A stretch of DNA of 64,000 nucleotides, taken from the NCBI GenBank assembly GCA_964022095.1, contig CAXHZO010000004.1:32001-96000 (forward strand), in the 5' to 3' direction. Position numbers and translations under genes: made by a program. This document shows, in pieces, positions 20,632 through 32,023 of the stretch. The notes beneath the pieces are model-generated. The model saw only the letters and a list, made by a program, of their open reading frames with translations. It did no database searches and was not told where the DNA came from. Numbering within the stretch: the stretch's first letter is position 1; every line of letters starts with the position of its first letter. The DNA comes from an uncultured Arcobacteraceae bacterium (GTDB taxonomy: Bacteria > Campylobacterota > Campylobacteria > Campylobacterales > Arcobacteraceae).

Positions 20632-21469
20632 TGAGATTTTTTTATGTGCAATTTGTAATATTGAAAGTGGAACATGTAATGAAGATTGTAAGTTCTGTAC
20701 ACAAAGTGTAAAATATAAAGCAGAAATTCAAAGATATAAACAAAAAGAGATTGATCAAATTGTTGAAGAAGCAAAAAGAGCAAGAGCAAATAATGCTAAT
20801 GGTTTTTGTTTAGTAACAGCTGGAAAAGGATTGACTCCAAAAAGATTAGAGTATGTTTGTGAAGCTGCAAAGGCTATTAAAAAAGAGAAATTAGGTTTAA
20901 TCTTAATTGCTTGTAATGGAATAGCAACAGTTGAACAACTTCAAACACTTAAAGATGCAGGAGTTGATGCCTATAATCACAACTTAGAAACTGCAAGAGA
21001 CTTCTATGAAACAATTTGTACAACGCATCCATGGGATGATAGATATCAAACTTGTTTAAATGTAAAAGAAGTTGGATTAAGATTAGTAACTGGTGGGATT
21101 TTTGGAATGGGTGAAACTCAAGAGCAAAGAATTTCTATGTTAGAATCTTTAGCTTCATTAGATCCAATGAATGTACCATTAAACTTCTTCCACCCAAATG
21201 ACGCATTACCAATAGTTGAAAATACAATTACAAGAGAAGAAGCCTTCGAATTAATTACACTTGCTAGAAAAATGATTCCAAATGCAATGAAAATTATGGT
21301 TGCTGGTGGAAGAGAAGTTATGTTTGGAGATGAACAATATAAAATCTTTGAAAAAGGTGCTAATGCATTTGTAATTGGAGATTATTTAACAACTTCAGGT
21401 AAAACTCCTGCTGATGATATTGAAGAGCTTGAAAAACACGGATATAAGATTAAAAGAGAAAGAGACTAG
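20618..21469 (+). CDS. bioB: Biotin synthase (radical SAM)
   Basis: CNEDCKFCTQS, YNHNLET, GGIFGMGE, AGGRE, GDYLTT. Confidence 0.95.
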   Translation: MNENNEIFLCAICNIESGTCNEDCKFCTQSVKYKAEIQRYKQKEIDQIVEEAKRARANNANGFCLVTAGKGLTPKRLEYVCEAAKAIKKEKLGLILIACNGIATVEQLQTLKDAGVDAYNHNLETARDFYETICTTHPWDDRYQTCLNVKEVGLRLVTGGIFGMGETQEQRISMLESLASLDPMNVPLNFFHPNDALPIVENTITREEAFELITLARKMIPNAMKIMVAGGREVMFGDEQYKIFEKGANAFVIGDYLTTSGKTPADDIEELEKHGYKIKRERD

Positions 21470-21481
21470 GTAGGTATATCA

Positions 21482-22642
21482 ATGAGTGAAGAAATTTTAA
21501 TAATCATATCCCTATCATTAATAATATTTACTTCACCATTAATTTCAAAATTAACTAGATTACCTACAATCCCTGTTGAAATTATGATGGGTGCTATTGC
21601 TGCATATTTTGCTCTCATAAGTGATCATGCAATACTACATTTAGTTGCAGAGCTTGGTTTTTTATACTTGATGTTTCTAGCAGGGCTTGAAATTGATCTA
21701 AAAAAACTTTTATCTATATCTCCTACGATGTTGAAAAAGTCTCTTTTATATAATGTTATTCTCTTTGCGACCTCTATTTTTATAACACTTTATTTTGATT
21801 TAGGGAAAATATTTATTGTTATCTTACCTTTAATTTCTATTGGTGTACTAGCTGCTCTTAAAAAAGAGTATGGTGAGACAGAATGGATAAAAATGGCATT
21901 TATTGTTGGTCTAATAGGGGAGATTGTTTCTATTTTTGCCCTTACAACAGTGTCTGCAGTTTTAGAATATGGTGTTAGTTATGACTTTTATAAAACAATG
22001 GCATTATTTGTTTTATTCTTAATTGTTATGTTATTTGTTTATAAAATATTTCATAATCTTATTTGGTGGTTTCCTGAGATTAAAAGTTATTTAATGCCTC
22101 AAGAGGATCATCAAGAACAAGATATTAGAATATCAATGGCAATATTTTTCTTAATGATTACTGTTATGATGTATTTACATTTAGAAGTTGCTTTTGGTGC
22201 TTTTATTGCTGGAACTTTTATTACAACATTCTTTGAAGAACACAATAAGCAACTTCCTCACAAGTTAGAACACTTTGGTTTTGGTTGGTTAGTTCCTATA
22301 TTTTTCATCTCTGTTGGATCATCCCTTGAAATTGATGCATTATTAAATAGTGACTTAGTTTTAAAAGCGTTTTTAATCACATTAGCTATGATCATAATTA
22401 GGTTAATTGCATCATTGTTATTCGTTAAAGAAATGGGTTGGAATAGATTTTATATGTTGGGACTTTCACATGCTATGCCATTAACTTTATTGATTGCAGT
22501 TACAACAATAGCTTATAATAATCATTCAATTACTCAAGAGTATTATTACGCATTTATTTTGGCATCTATTTTAGAAGTACTAGTAGTGATGATACTAATT
22601 AGAGTTATAAATAACCTAATTAGTTTTAGAAATAGTAATTAA
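21482..22642 (+). CDS. Cation:proton antiporter (CPA2 / Na+/H+ exchanger family)
   Basis: About 12 TM segments; AELGFLYLMFLAGLEID, GAFIAG, PIFFISVG. Confidence 0.85.
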   Translation: MSEEILIIISLSLIIFTSPLISKLTRLPTIPVEIMMGAIAAYFALISDHAILHLVAELGFLYLMFLAGLEIDLKKLLSISPTMLKKSLLYNVILFATSIFITLYFDLGKIFIVILPLISIGVLAALKKEYGETEWIKMAFIVGLIGEIVSIFALTTVSAVLEYGVSYDFYKTMALFVLFLIVMLFVYKIFHNLIWWFPEIKSYLMPQEDHQEQDIRISMAIFFLMITVMMYLHLEVAFGAFIAGTFITTFFEEHNKQLPHKLEHFGFGWLVPIFFISVGSSLEIDALLNSDLVLKAFLITLAMIIIRLIASLLFVKEMGWNRFYMLGLSHAMPLTLLIAVTTIAYNNHSITQEYYYAFILASILEVLVVMILIRVINNLISFRNSN

Positions 22643-23350
22643 TTTATCTTTGTATGTTACTTCAAAGTTTGAAGGTTTAGAGTTAAGTTCAATTACTACT
22701 CTGTAGTATTGCTCTTTTTTATGATTTCCAATTGCAATTTTTTTAAAATTTTTAGACTCTAAAGAATCTCTTTTTGTGTAGAAGTTCTTTTTAGCTTTAT
22801 AGTCAACGATAATTTTATTTTCTTTATCTAATGTGAATTTTTTAGAAATTTCACTATCGGTTTTTATAATTAGTTTATCATCATTATATTCTATAGTAAC
22901 AAAAGGTAAAAGCTCTTTTGTTACTAGCTCATCTTCAATGATATCTGGTCTTGGTTTTACATAAACAACTTGTGTTGGTTTTTCAACTTGTGTTGTTTGT
23001 AACTCTTTTTTTATGATTTGTTTAGCTTTATATTCTGTTTGCTTTTTAGTTTTATGAATAAGCTTATCAACTTCTTTTTTTGTATAAATTTTTTCTTTTG
23101 ATTTTTTTTCTTTTATTTTTGGAACAATTTTCTTTATGGCATCTTCAATTTTAGGTTGGTTTTGCATCTTTTCTTGCATCTCTTTAATATATGCAGCTTC
23201 AGTCATTGCTTCTTCAATAGAGGCCTCATTTGTTTCAATAATTCTTGCGGCTTCTTCTTCATAAGCGTTTGTCATCTCAAAAGGATTTTCTCTTGCATGT
23301 AGACTAAGTGCAGTTATAACAGATAAAGTTAAAAAAGATAGTTTTTTCAT
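22616..23350 (-). CDS. AMIN-domain periplasmic protein
   Basis: Signal peptide ending ARENPF; C-terminal KIIVDY...IAIGNH...RVVIEL; follows eno-ftsB. Confidence 0.75.
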   Translation of the reverse strand: MKKLSFLTLSVITALSLHARENPFEMTNAYEEEAARIIETNEASIEEAMTEAAYIKEMQEKMQNQPKIEDAIKKIVPKIKEKKSKEKIYTKKEVDKLIHKTKKQTEYKAKQIIKKELQTTQVEKPTQVVYVKPRPDIIEDELVTKELLPFVTIEYNDDKLIIKTDSEISKKFTLDKENKIIVDYKAKKNFYTKRDSLESKNFKKIAIGNHKKEQYYRVVIELNSKPSNFEVTYKDKLITISKTN

Positions 23351-23589
23351 TCTTCAGGCTCCAAGTTTTTTAATTCGAAATACTCTTTTTGCAAATATGC
23401 ATTATGCTTTTGCAGTCGTGAAATCTCATTTTCTAGATACTCTTTTTTATATTTCAATGAATTATAAACTTCTAAAGAGTTATCTCCAAAAAGAATATTT
23501 GCTACATGATAACTAAGAAACAGTGTAATAGCAACTGAACCCAGTGCTATTACAAAGAACTTCTTATAAAAATGTAGTTTTTTTTTCAT
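23347..23589 (-). CDS. Septum formation initiator (FtsB/DivIC-like)
   Basis: Single TM, LFGDNSL, then coiled coil; directly downstream of eno. Confidence 0.7.
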   Translation of the reverse strand: MKKKLHFYKKFFVIALGSVAITLFLSYHVANILFGDNSLEVYNSLKYKKEYLENEISRLQKHNAYLQKEYFELKNLEPEE

Positions 23590-23592
23590 AAA

Positions 23593-24879
<1,287 letters not shown>

Positions 24880-24981
24880 CTATTATCATAATTTATAATA
24901 TTATAGCTAATTTTAAATTGTTGTTTGCTTTTATGGGGATTGTTATTAAGTTTTTTTAGAGTTGTATTTTTAGATAGGATA

Positions 24982-25008
24982 TAAGTAAAGAGGAAATCTC
25001 TTTACTTA
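24982..25008 (-). terminator. Hairpin at the recA 3' end (probable terminator)
   Basis: 11-bp inverted repeat TAAGTAAAGAG / CTCTTTACTTA overlapping the recA stop codon. Confidence 0.55.
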
Positions 25009-26043
25009 TTCTTCGTCTTCATCTTCTGTAGTTTCTGTCGCTGTTTCAGTATCATTTACACCCATTGCTGCAAGAATTTTTTCTTCAACTTCTTTAGCAA
25101 TTTCTGGGTTGTCTTTTAAGAATACTTTTGCATTTTCTTTACCTTGACCAATTTTTTGATCTCCATAACTAAACCACGCACCAGCTTTATCTACAATATC
25201 AAGTTTTACACCATAATCAACTAGCTCACCCATTTTCGAAATACCTTCTCCAAACATAATATCAAATTCTGCTTGTTTAAATGGCGCTGCTACTTTATTT
25301 TTAACAACTTTTACTTTTACTCTATTACCAATTGAGTTCTCACCTTGTTTTAGTGTTGCAATTCTTCTAATATCAAGTCTAACTGATGAGTAGAATTTTA
25401 GTGCATTCCCTCCAGTTGTTGTTTCAGGACTTCCATATCCTGTCATACCAATTTTCATTCTAATTTGGTTAATAAAGATTACTGTACAGTTCATTTTATT
25501 TAATAAACCAGTAATTTTTCTAAGAGCTTTTGACATTAATCTTGCTTGAACACCAACTTGTTGGTCATCCATATCTCCATCAATTTCTACTTTTGGAGTA
25601 AGTGCTGCAACTGAGTCAACTACTACTAAATCAACAGCTCCTGATCTAATAACAGTCTCTAAAATTTCTAAAGCTTGCTCACCAAAATCTGGTTGGGAAA
25701 CTAATAAGTTATCAATATCTACACCAATATCTCTTGCATATTTTGTATCTAAAGCATGCTCAGCATCGATAAATGCACAAACACCACCAGCTTTTTGACA
25801 CTCAGCAATTGCATGTAAAGTTAATGTAGTTTTACCTGATGATTCTGGACCATAAATTTCAATTACTCTTCCCTTTGGAAGTCCTCCAACACCAAGACCT
25901 AAATCAAGACCTAATGAACCTGTACTAATTGAATCAACTGGGATAACTTCTTTGTCTCCAAGTCTAATTAATGTACCTTTACCAAATGTTTTGTCTATTT
26001 GTTTTATTGCTAAGTCTAGTGATTTTTTTTGATTATCATCCAT
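25006..26043 (-). CDS. recA: Recombinase A
   Basis: [37 protein letters not shown]. Confidence 0.99.
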   Translation of the reverse strand: MDDNQKKSLDLAIKQIDKTFGKGTLIRLGDKEVIPVDSISTGSLGLDLGLGVGGLPKGRVIEIYGPESSGKTTLTLHAIAECQKAGGVCAFIDAEHALDTKYARDIGVDIDNLLVSQPDFGEQALEILETVIRSGAVDLVVVDSVAALTPKVEIDGDMDDQQVGVQARLMSKALRKITGLLNKMNCTVIFINQIRMKIGMTGYGSPETTTGGNALKFYSSVRLDIRRIATLKQGENSIGNRVKVKVVKNKVAAPFKQAEFDIMFGEGISKMGELVDYGVKLDIVDKAGAWFSYGDQKIGQGKENAKVFLKDNPEIAKEVEEKILAAMGVNDTETATETTEDEDEE

Positions 26044-26139
26044 TTTTGTTTTCCTATTTGAAATTGTTTATTTAAATTATGATGGGATTTTATCAGATTT
26101 TATTTGAAGTTCTTATTTTTATTGCAAATTGTAATATTT

Positions 26140-26346
26140 TTATTTTTCTGTTTTTTCATTTTGTGATAGTTTTTGTATATTTTCAATTGTTTTAATATGT
26201 GAAATAACTCTTCTTTTCATGGTATGCTGTTTTACATGCTTCGCAAGAATTTTTGTATATTTATTATAATTTCTACTTCCTTTTTCAAAAGTAGCTAATT
26301 TTTTTTGAATTTTTATTATATCTGATGGTATTGCATTGTTTTCCAT
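26140..26346 (-). CDS. Small basic hypothetical protein
   Basis: 68 aa, ATG with AGGT RBS; no recognisable motif. Confidence 0.55.
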   Translation of the reverse strand: MENNAIPSDIIKIQKKLATFEKGSRNYNKYTKILAKHVKQHTMKRRVISHIKTIENIQKLSQNEKTEK

Positions 26347-26413
26347 AGTAAAACCTAATTAATATTTAGGTAGATTATTACATAGAAAACTTAAATATAA
26401 TATTAGGAATAAC

Positions 26414-27151
26414 TTGAATAATTTTATTGTTTCTGAAAATACGTCTATTATTGATGCTTTAAAGAAAATAGATAATAACAAAAAAAATTTTTTAATTGTT
26501 TTGTCATCTAAAGAAATTTTACTTGGGGTATTAACTGAAGGTGAATTAAGAAGAATGCTTATAAATGGTAGCTCTTTACGTGACAAAATAATTTATAATG
26601 AAAATTATGTGTTTATTAATGAAAATGAGCCATTTACTAATTTATTCAAATATTTCAAATCTGAAAAAATAAATTTTATACCAATTATAAATAATGAAAA
26701 AAAATTGATAAATATTGTATCAAAAAAACAATTTTATGTATTATTATTAAATGATATAGAATATAATTTAAAAAAACTACCCAATGTAGATGAAAATGGT
26801 TTAGATTATGAAGTTTTTCCTAGACCTTGGGGTTTTTATAAAAGCACATTACTGGCAAATCATGTTCAATCTAAAATAATTACAGTTTTCCCAAGGGAAG
26901 AATTGAGTTTACAAAAACATAAGAGAAGAGAAGAACATTGGATAATTATCAAAGGTGAAGGAAAAATAATACTTGAAGAATCTATTTTAGATGTCTATCA
27001 AGGTAAATATATTTACATACCTAAAGGTTGTAAACATAAGATAATTAATACCTCTGCTTGTGATAATTTAGTTTTTGCTGAAGTACAATTAGGTGATTAC
27101 TTTGGAGAAGACGATATAATAAGATATGAAGATAAATATGGGAGAGTTTAA
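26414..27151 (+). CDS. CBS-domain / type II mannose-6-phosphate isomerase (cupin) fusion
   Basis: N-terminal CBS-like pair (GVLTEGELRR); C-terminal RPWG, LSLQKHKRREEHW, EVQLGDYFGEDDIIRYEDKYGR as in the ManC cupin; TTG start. Confidence 0.85.
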   Translation: MNNFIVSENTSIIDALKKIDNNKKNFLIVLSSKEILLGVLTEGELRRMLINGSSLRDKIIYNENYVFINENEPFTNLFKYFKSEKINFIPIINNEKKLINIVSKKQFYVLLLNDIEYNLKKLPNVDENGLDYEVFPRPWGFYKSTLLANHVQSKIITVFPREELSLQKHKRREEHWIIIKGEGKIILEESILDVYQGKYIYIPKGCKHKIINTSACDNLVFAEVQLGDYFGEDDIIRYEDKYGRV

Positions 27152-28032
27152 TGGCATTTAATTTTGATTACAAAAAGCCAAAAGTAATAGCAGAAATCGG
27201 TTGTAATCACATGGGTGATTTTAATATTGCAAAAGAATTAATATCTCTAGCAAAACATAGCGGCGCGAAATACGTAAAGTTTCAAAAAAGAAATAATAAA
27301 GAACTATTGACTAAAGAACAGTATGAAGCTCCTCATCCTGTACCTGAGAACTCTTATGGAAATACATACGGAGAACATAGAGAGTTTTTAGAATTTAGTA
27401 AAGAACAACATAAACAATTAAAAGAATATTGTGATTCGATTGATGTTATTTATTCTACTTCAGTTTGGGATGTAACAAGTGCTAAAGAGATGATTGATTT
27501 TGAACCAGAGTTTCTTAAAGTACCTTCTGCTTGTAACAATAATTTTGAAATGTTAAGAATTTTAAGGGATGATTTTAAAGGACAAGTTCAATTATCAATT
27601 GGTATGACAAGTCGTGAAGAGGTTGAAGAAATAGTTAAGTTTTTTGAAGAGACTAATCAAGCGAAATCTAGGCTCCTTATTTATTCTTGTACGTCAGGGT
27701 ATCCTGTACCTTTTGAAGATGTTTCTTTATTGGAAATAAATTGGCTATATGAAAATTATGAAAATAGAATATATGAGATAGGTTTTTCAGGGCATCATTT
27801 AGGAATAGCTGTTGATGTCGCTGCTTACACATTAGGAGCTAGATGGATTGAAAGGCATTTTACAAAAGATATTAAATGGAAAGGAACTGACCATAGTGCT
27901 TCCTTAATGCCTGATGGTTTAAGAAGATTAAATAGGGATTTAAATGCTACATATAAAGCTTTGAATTTCAAATCTAACGATATTCTGCCAATTGAACAAG
28001 TTCAAAGAGATAAACTAAAGAATAGAAAGTAA
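27151..28032 (+). CDS. NeuB-family nonulosonate synthase without the C-terminal SAF/AFP domain (KDN-9-P synthase-like)
   Basis: IAEIGCNHMG, VKFQKR, CTSGYP, GFSGHH, IERHFT, GTDHSASL; ends at 293 aa. Confidence 0.9.
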   Translation: MAFNFDYKKPKVIAEIGCNHMGDFNIAKELISLAKHSGAKYVKFQKRNNKELLTKEQYEAPHPVPENSYGNTYGEHREFLEFSKEQHKQLKEYCDSIDVIYSTSVWDVTSAKEMIDFEPEFLKVPSACNNNFEMLRILRDDFKGQVQLSIGMTSREEVEEIVKFFEETNQAKSRLLIYSCTSGYPVPFEDVSLLEINWLYENYENRIYEIGFSGHHLGIAVDVAAYTLGARWIERHFTKDIKWKGTDHSASLMPDGLRRLNRDLNATYKALNFKSNDILPIEQVQRDKLKNRK

Positions 28033-28035
28033 ACT

Positions 28036-28884
28036 ATGCAATGTTATTTATGTAAGAGTGAAGATCATAAAAAAAGAGATGGAAGTGTCAGAGATAATAA
28101 GAAACTAGATATTTTAGAATGTAATAATTGTGGTTTAGTTTTTCTATCTGATGATAAGCATATTGACAATAACTTTTATGAAGAATCTAAAATGCATAAA
28201 GATTTTGATTTTTCAAAATGGAGAAAGCAAACATTACAAGATGATAGTAGAAGATTTGAATTTTTAAAAAACAGTATTTCAAATAAAACTATTTTAGATT
28301 TTGGAAGTGGAAATGGTGGTTTTTTGAATTTGTCAAAAGAATTAGCATTAGATGTTTGTGGAGTTGAGTTAGAAGTAGCCGTAAAGTCTTATTATGAAAA
28401 AGAAGAGATAAAATTAATTAAGAGTCTTGATGAGTGTAAAAATAAATATGATTTGATTACTTCTTTTCATGTTATTGAGCATCTAAAAGATCCGATTAAT
28501 ATTTTAGGGAAGTTAAAAGATCTTCTATATGATGATGGAACGATTATTATAGAAGTTCCTAATGCAAATGATGCTTTATTAAGTATATATAATAGTGAAT
28601 CTTTTTCTCATTTTACTTATTGGAGCTGTCATTTATATCTTTTTACTTCATTTACATTAGAACTATTAGCTAAAAAAGCAGGTTTAAAAGTTGAATTTAT
28701 AAAGCATATTCAAAGATATCCTCTTTCAAACCATTTGTATTGGTTGAGTAATAATAAACCAGGTGGTCATGAAAAATGGGGAAGTTTTATTGATTCTAGT
28801 GAGTTATCAAATGCATATGAAAATCAGTTAGCCTCACTGCAAGCAACTGATACTATTATTGCAAGTTTTAAAAAGGAATCTTAA
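28036..28884 (+). CDS. Class I SAM-dependent methyltransferase with N-terminal Zn ribbon
   Basis: CYLC...CNNCG; ILDFGSGNG; FHVIEHLKDP; EVPN. Confidence 0.85.
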   Translation: MQCYLCKSEDHKKRDGSVRDNKKLDILECNNCGLVFLSDDKHIDNNFYEESKMHKDFDFSKWRKQTLQDDSRRFEFLKNSISNKTILDFGSGNGGFLNLSKELALDVCGVELEVAVKSYYEKEEIKLIKSLDECKNKYDLITSFHVIEHLKDPINILGKLKDLLYDDGTIIIEVPNANDALLSIYNSESFSHFTYWSCHLYLFTSFTLELLAKKAGLKVEFIKHIQRYPLSNHLYWLSNNKPGGHEKWGSFIDSSELSNAYENQLASLQATDTIIASFKKES

Positions 28885-30050
28885 TGAATATAGCATTTAT
28901 ACCTCTTAGATGTGGGAGTAAATCAATTCCTTTTAAAAATATAAAAGAGTTTTGTGGTAAACCTTTGGTTTATTGGAATCTAAAAGCAATTGAAGAATCA
29001 AAATTAATTGATATTGTTTATGTTGCTACAGATTGTGAAGAAGTTGTTGCAGAAATTAATAAATTTAATTTTTCAAAAGTTGTTTTATATAAAAGAGATG
29101 AAGAAAATGCAAGGGATACATCTCCTACAGAAGATGTAATGATAGAATTTTTAACTAAGAATAAACAAAATGATGAAGATTTATTTTTATTAGTTCAAGC
29201 AACTTCTCCAATTACACAAAGTTATGATTTTGATAATGCTATTATGCAGTTAAAAGACTCAGATAAAGATTCATTATTAACTGTTGTAAATGAAAAAAGA
29301 TTTTTTTGGAATAGTGATGGTACACCTTTAAATTATGATTATAAAAATAGACCAAGACGTCAAGATTTTGAAGGTTTATATTTAGAAAATGGAGCTTTTT
29401 ATATTAATAAAATAAAAAATATTTTAAAGGATAATAATAGATTGTCTGGAAAAATAGATTTATATATTATGAATGATTATACTTCAATTGAAATTGATGA
29501 GCCTCTTGATTGGAATATTGCTGAGAGATATATGCAAGAGCATATTCTGTCAAAAAAAGAGAATAAATTAAAAAAGAAAATAAAACTTTTTTTGAGTGAT
29601 GTTGATGGAACTTTAACTGATGCTGGTATGTATTATGATGTCAATGGAAATGAGTTGAAAAAATTTAATACTCATGATGGCAAAGGTTTTGAATTACTAA
29701 GAAATGCTGGAATTAAAACAGGGATTTTAACTAGTGAAAATACTAAGATTGTTGAAAATAGAGCAAAAAAATTAAAAGTTGATTATTTATACCAAGGTGT
29801 TGGTTATAAAGGTAAACTTGAAGTTGCAAAAGAAATTTGTAAAAAAGAACAAATAAGCTTAGATGAAGTTGCTTATATTGGAGATGATGTTAATTGTAAA
29901 GAACTTTTATCAAATGTTGGAATTGCAGCTTGTCCTTCAAATGCAATAAGCGAAATTAAAGAAATGTACAATATAATTAATTTAAATAAATCAGGTGGTA
30001 ATGGTGCTGTTCGAGAATTTATTGATTTATTAATGAAAGAGAATATTTAA
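28884..30050 (+). CDS. CMP-nonulosonate synthetase fused to a KdsC/YrbI-type HAD phosphatase
   Basis: PLRCGSKSIPFKN, QATSP, RPRRQD, ENGAFY, EIDEPLD; C-terminal DVDGTLTD, AYIGDD, GGNGAVRE. Confidence 0.92.
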   Translation: MNIAFIPLRCGSKSIPFKNIKEFCGKPLVYWNLKAIEESKLIDIVYVATDCEEVVAEINKFNFSKVVLYKRDEENARDTSPTEDVMIEFLTKNKQNDEDLFLLVQATSPITQSYDFDNAIMQLKDSDKDSLLTVVNEKRFFWNSDGTPLNYDYKNRPRRQDFEGLYLENGAFYINKIKNILKDNNRLSGKIDLYIMNDYTSIEIDEPLDWNIAERYMQEHILSKKENKLKKKIKLFLSDVDGTLTDAGMYYDVNGNELKKFNTHDGKGFELLRNAGIKTGILTSENTKIVENRAKKLKVDYLYQGVGYKGKLEVAKEICKKEQISLDEVAYIGDDVNCKELLSNVGIAACPSNAISEIKEMYNIINLNKSGGNGAVREFIDLLMKENI

Positions 30051-32023
30051 TGGAAAATAATAAATTAGAAGTTCAATCTCAATTATCTGAGTTAATTCAA
30101 CAAGACTTAGTAAATATTATTACTGATTATTCAAAAACTTCAATGCTAAATCTTGATTTAGTTGTAACATTAGTACAAGATATTAACCTATTAAAGACAT
30201 ATGATGTTAAGTATATCCATAATGAAGAGTTAAATGAGATTATCTCTTTAATGAAAGAAGAATTAAAGAATAGATCACAAGCTAGAGTTATTGCTTTATT
30301 AACAGTATTTGACTTTATTGAAAATCCAGTTGAAGATTTCAAAAAGCTAATTTATATTAATTTATCATTAAAAGTTTCGTCTGAATTTTTTATTGAATCT
30401 TTTAATTTCTTTAATGTACTTGCTGGAAGTGTTAAAGAATTATTTGAAGATTTTGTTAAGTATATTTTTAATGATAATTTTTTAGATGTTGATAAAAACC
30501 TTCAAATAGAAGTGATTTTTAAACTATGGGGTATGTCTTTACAAGTTTATCATGATAATGAAGCTTCATCTCATGCTTATTGTTTATTAAAAGAATTATT
30601 TAATAAAGCTATAAAGAAAGAAAAAACAGAAGTAGCTTTTTGGCTTTACTATACTCCTTTACATTATTTCCATTCTGGAACGGGAAATGATATTGATAAA
30701 CTTAATGAAAAGTTTAAAAATGAAATAGAAAAACCTCTTGAAGAGTATATTCTAAAAAAATTAGTACCGAAATATCAAATTAAACCAAATACAAATAAAA
30801 TAAATAAAAATGGAAAAGTAAAAGTTGCCTTTGTAATGCAAAGAATAATAAGACACTCAACAACAAATGTTTTATATTCTTTACTTAAAAACTTAATGAG
30901 AATAAACAGTGAAAAATATGAATTTATCTTATATGATTTATCTTTTCCTGAAGCAGGTGGAAGTCAACAAGATTTTGTTGAAGAGTTTATAGCTTTAGGT
31001 GTAAAATATATTAATCTTCATAGTGAAACTATGGGTGAAAATAATGCTACTTATTCTTTATTTGAAAAATGTATTAAAACTAGAGAAAGATTAATTGATG
31101 ATAAAATTGATATTTTAATTGGTTTACACACAAGAGTAGAATATATATTCTTATATGCTACAAGAACAGCTCCCGTGCAGATATACTGGTACCATAGTAG
31201 TAATGCTGTATACGATATAGTTGGAATTGATGAGATAATCTCTCATACTGAAACAAATAAAAAGAGTTTAAACAAAAATATATTTAGTTTGCCTATTGAT
31301 TTAGAAGAATATAATAAAAAAGTAAACTCACAAGAAGTTATAAATATTAAAAATAAATTTGGAAAAAATAAATTTATTCTAGGCTATATTGGTCGTTTGA
31401 TTAAGATAGATGATAATAGATATTTGAATTGTGTAAAGCAAATATTAGATAAAAATCAAAACACAGTATTTCTTGCTTGTGGAGATGGCGATACTTCTTC
31501 AATTAGAGAAAAAATTAAAGATTTAGGAATTGAAGATAGATTCTTTTTTGAAGGTTTCATTAATACAGATATTTATGGGCACGTAATAGATTTATTTTTA
31601 GCTTCTTTTGTAAACGGAGGAGCTGCTTTACAAGAATTTATTTATAAGAAAAAACCTTATGTGATTAGATATAGTAATTTTGAAAATATTGTAGCGTTAT
31701 ATAATAAAAATCCTATTATTGATAAATTGAAAGTTGATAATGATAGTTTTATTTTAAAAAGTATTTATACAAAAGAAGATGTAGGAAACTTAACTAATAA
31801 AGGGTATTTATTTGAAGACAACCCTTACTTCCCAACCTATTCAGGACTTCCTTTTGTTAAAGATGAAGAAGCCTTTATTAAAGTTGCTAATTTCTTTATT
31901 AATAATCCTTCTATTTGTGAAAAAATAGGTGAAGAAACTTATTATAAAGCAATTAAGAGTGAAGAAATAAGAAAATATTCTTTTTTAAAGGTTCTAGATG
32001 ATATTACATGTAATGCATTATGA
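30050..32023 (+). CDS. GT41 (O-GlcNAc transferase/HMW1C)-like glycosyltransferase
   Basis: KVAFV...HSTT, IDILIGLHT, RTAPVQIYW, GYIGRLIKID, DLFLASF resemble GT41 catalytic blocks; helical N-terminal half. Confidence 0.6.
   Translation: MENNKLEVQSQLSELIQQDLVNIITDYSKTSMLNLDLVVTLVQDINLLKTYDVKYIHNEELNEIISLMKEELKNRSQARVIALLTVFDFIENPVEDFKKLIYINLSLKVSSEFFIESFNFFNVLAGSVKELFEDFVKYIFNDNFLDVDKNLQIEVIFKLWGMSLQVYHDNEASSHAYCLLKELFNKAIKKEKTEVAFWLYYTPLHYFHSGTGNDIDKLNEKFKNEIEKPLEEYILKKLVPKYQIKPNTNKINKNGKVKVAFVMQRIIRHSTTNVLYSLLKNLMRINSEKYEFILYDLSFPEAGGSQQDFVEEFIALGVKYINLHSETMGENNATYSLFEKCIKTRERLIDDKIDILIGLHTRVEYIFLYATRTAPVQIYWYHSSNAVYDIVGIDEIISHTETNKKSLNKNIFSLPIDLEEYNKKVNSQEVINIKNKFGKNKFILGYIGRLIKIDDNRYLNCVKQILDKNQNTVFLACGDGDTSSIREKIKDLGIEDRFFFEGFINTDIYGHVIDLFLASFVNGGAALQEFIYKKKPYVIRYSNFENIVALYNKNPIIDKLKVDNDSFILKSIYTKEDVGNLTNKGYLFEDNPYFPTYSGLPFVKDEEAFIKVANFFINNPSICEKIGEETYYKAIKSEEIRKYSFLKVLDDITCNAL

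Noticed and set aside
26359-26586. 75-aa minus-strand ORF upstream of the small basic ORF
   Set aside because: Mostly antisense to the CBS-cupin gene; no motif or RBS support
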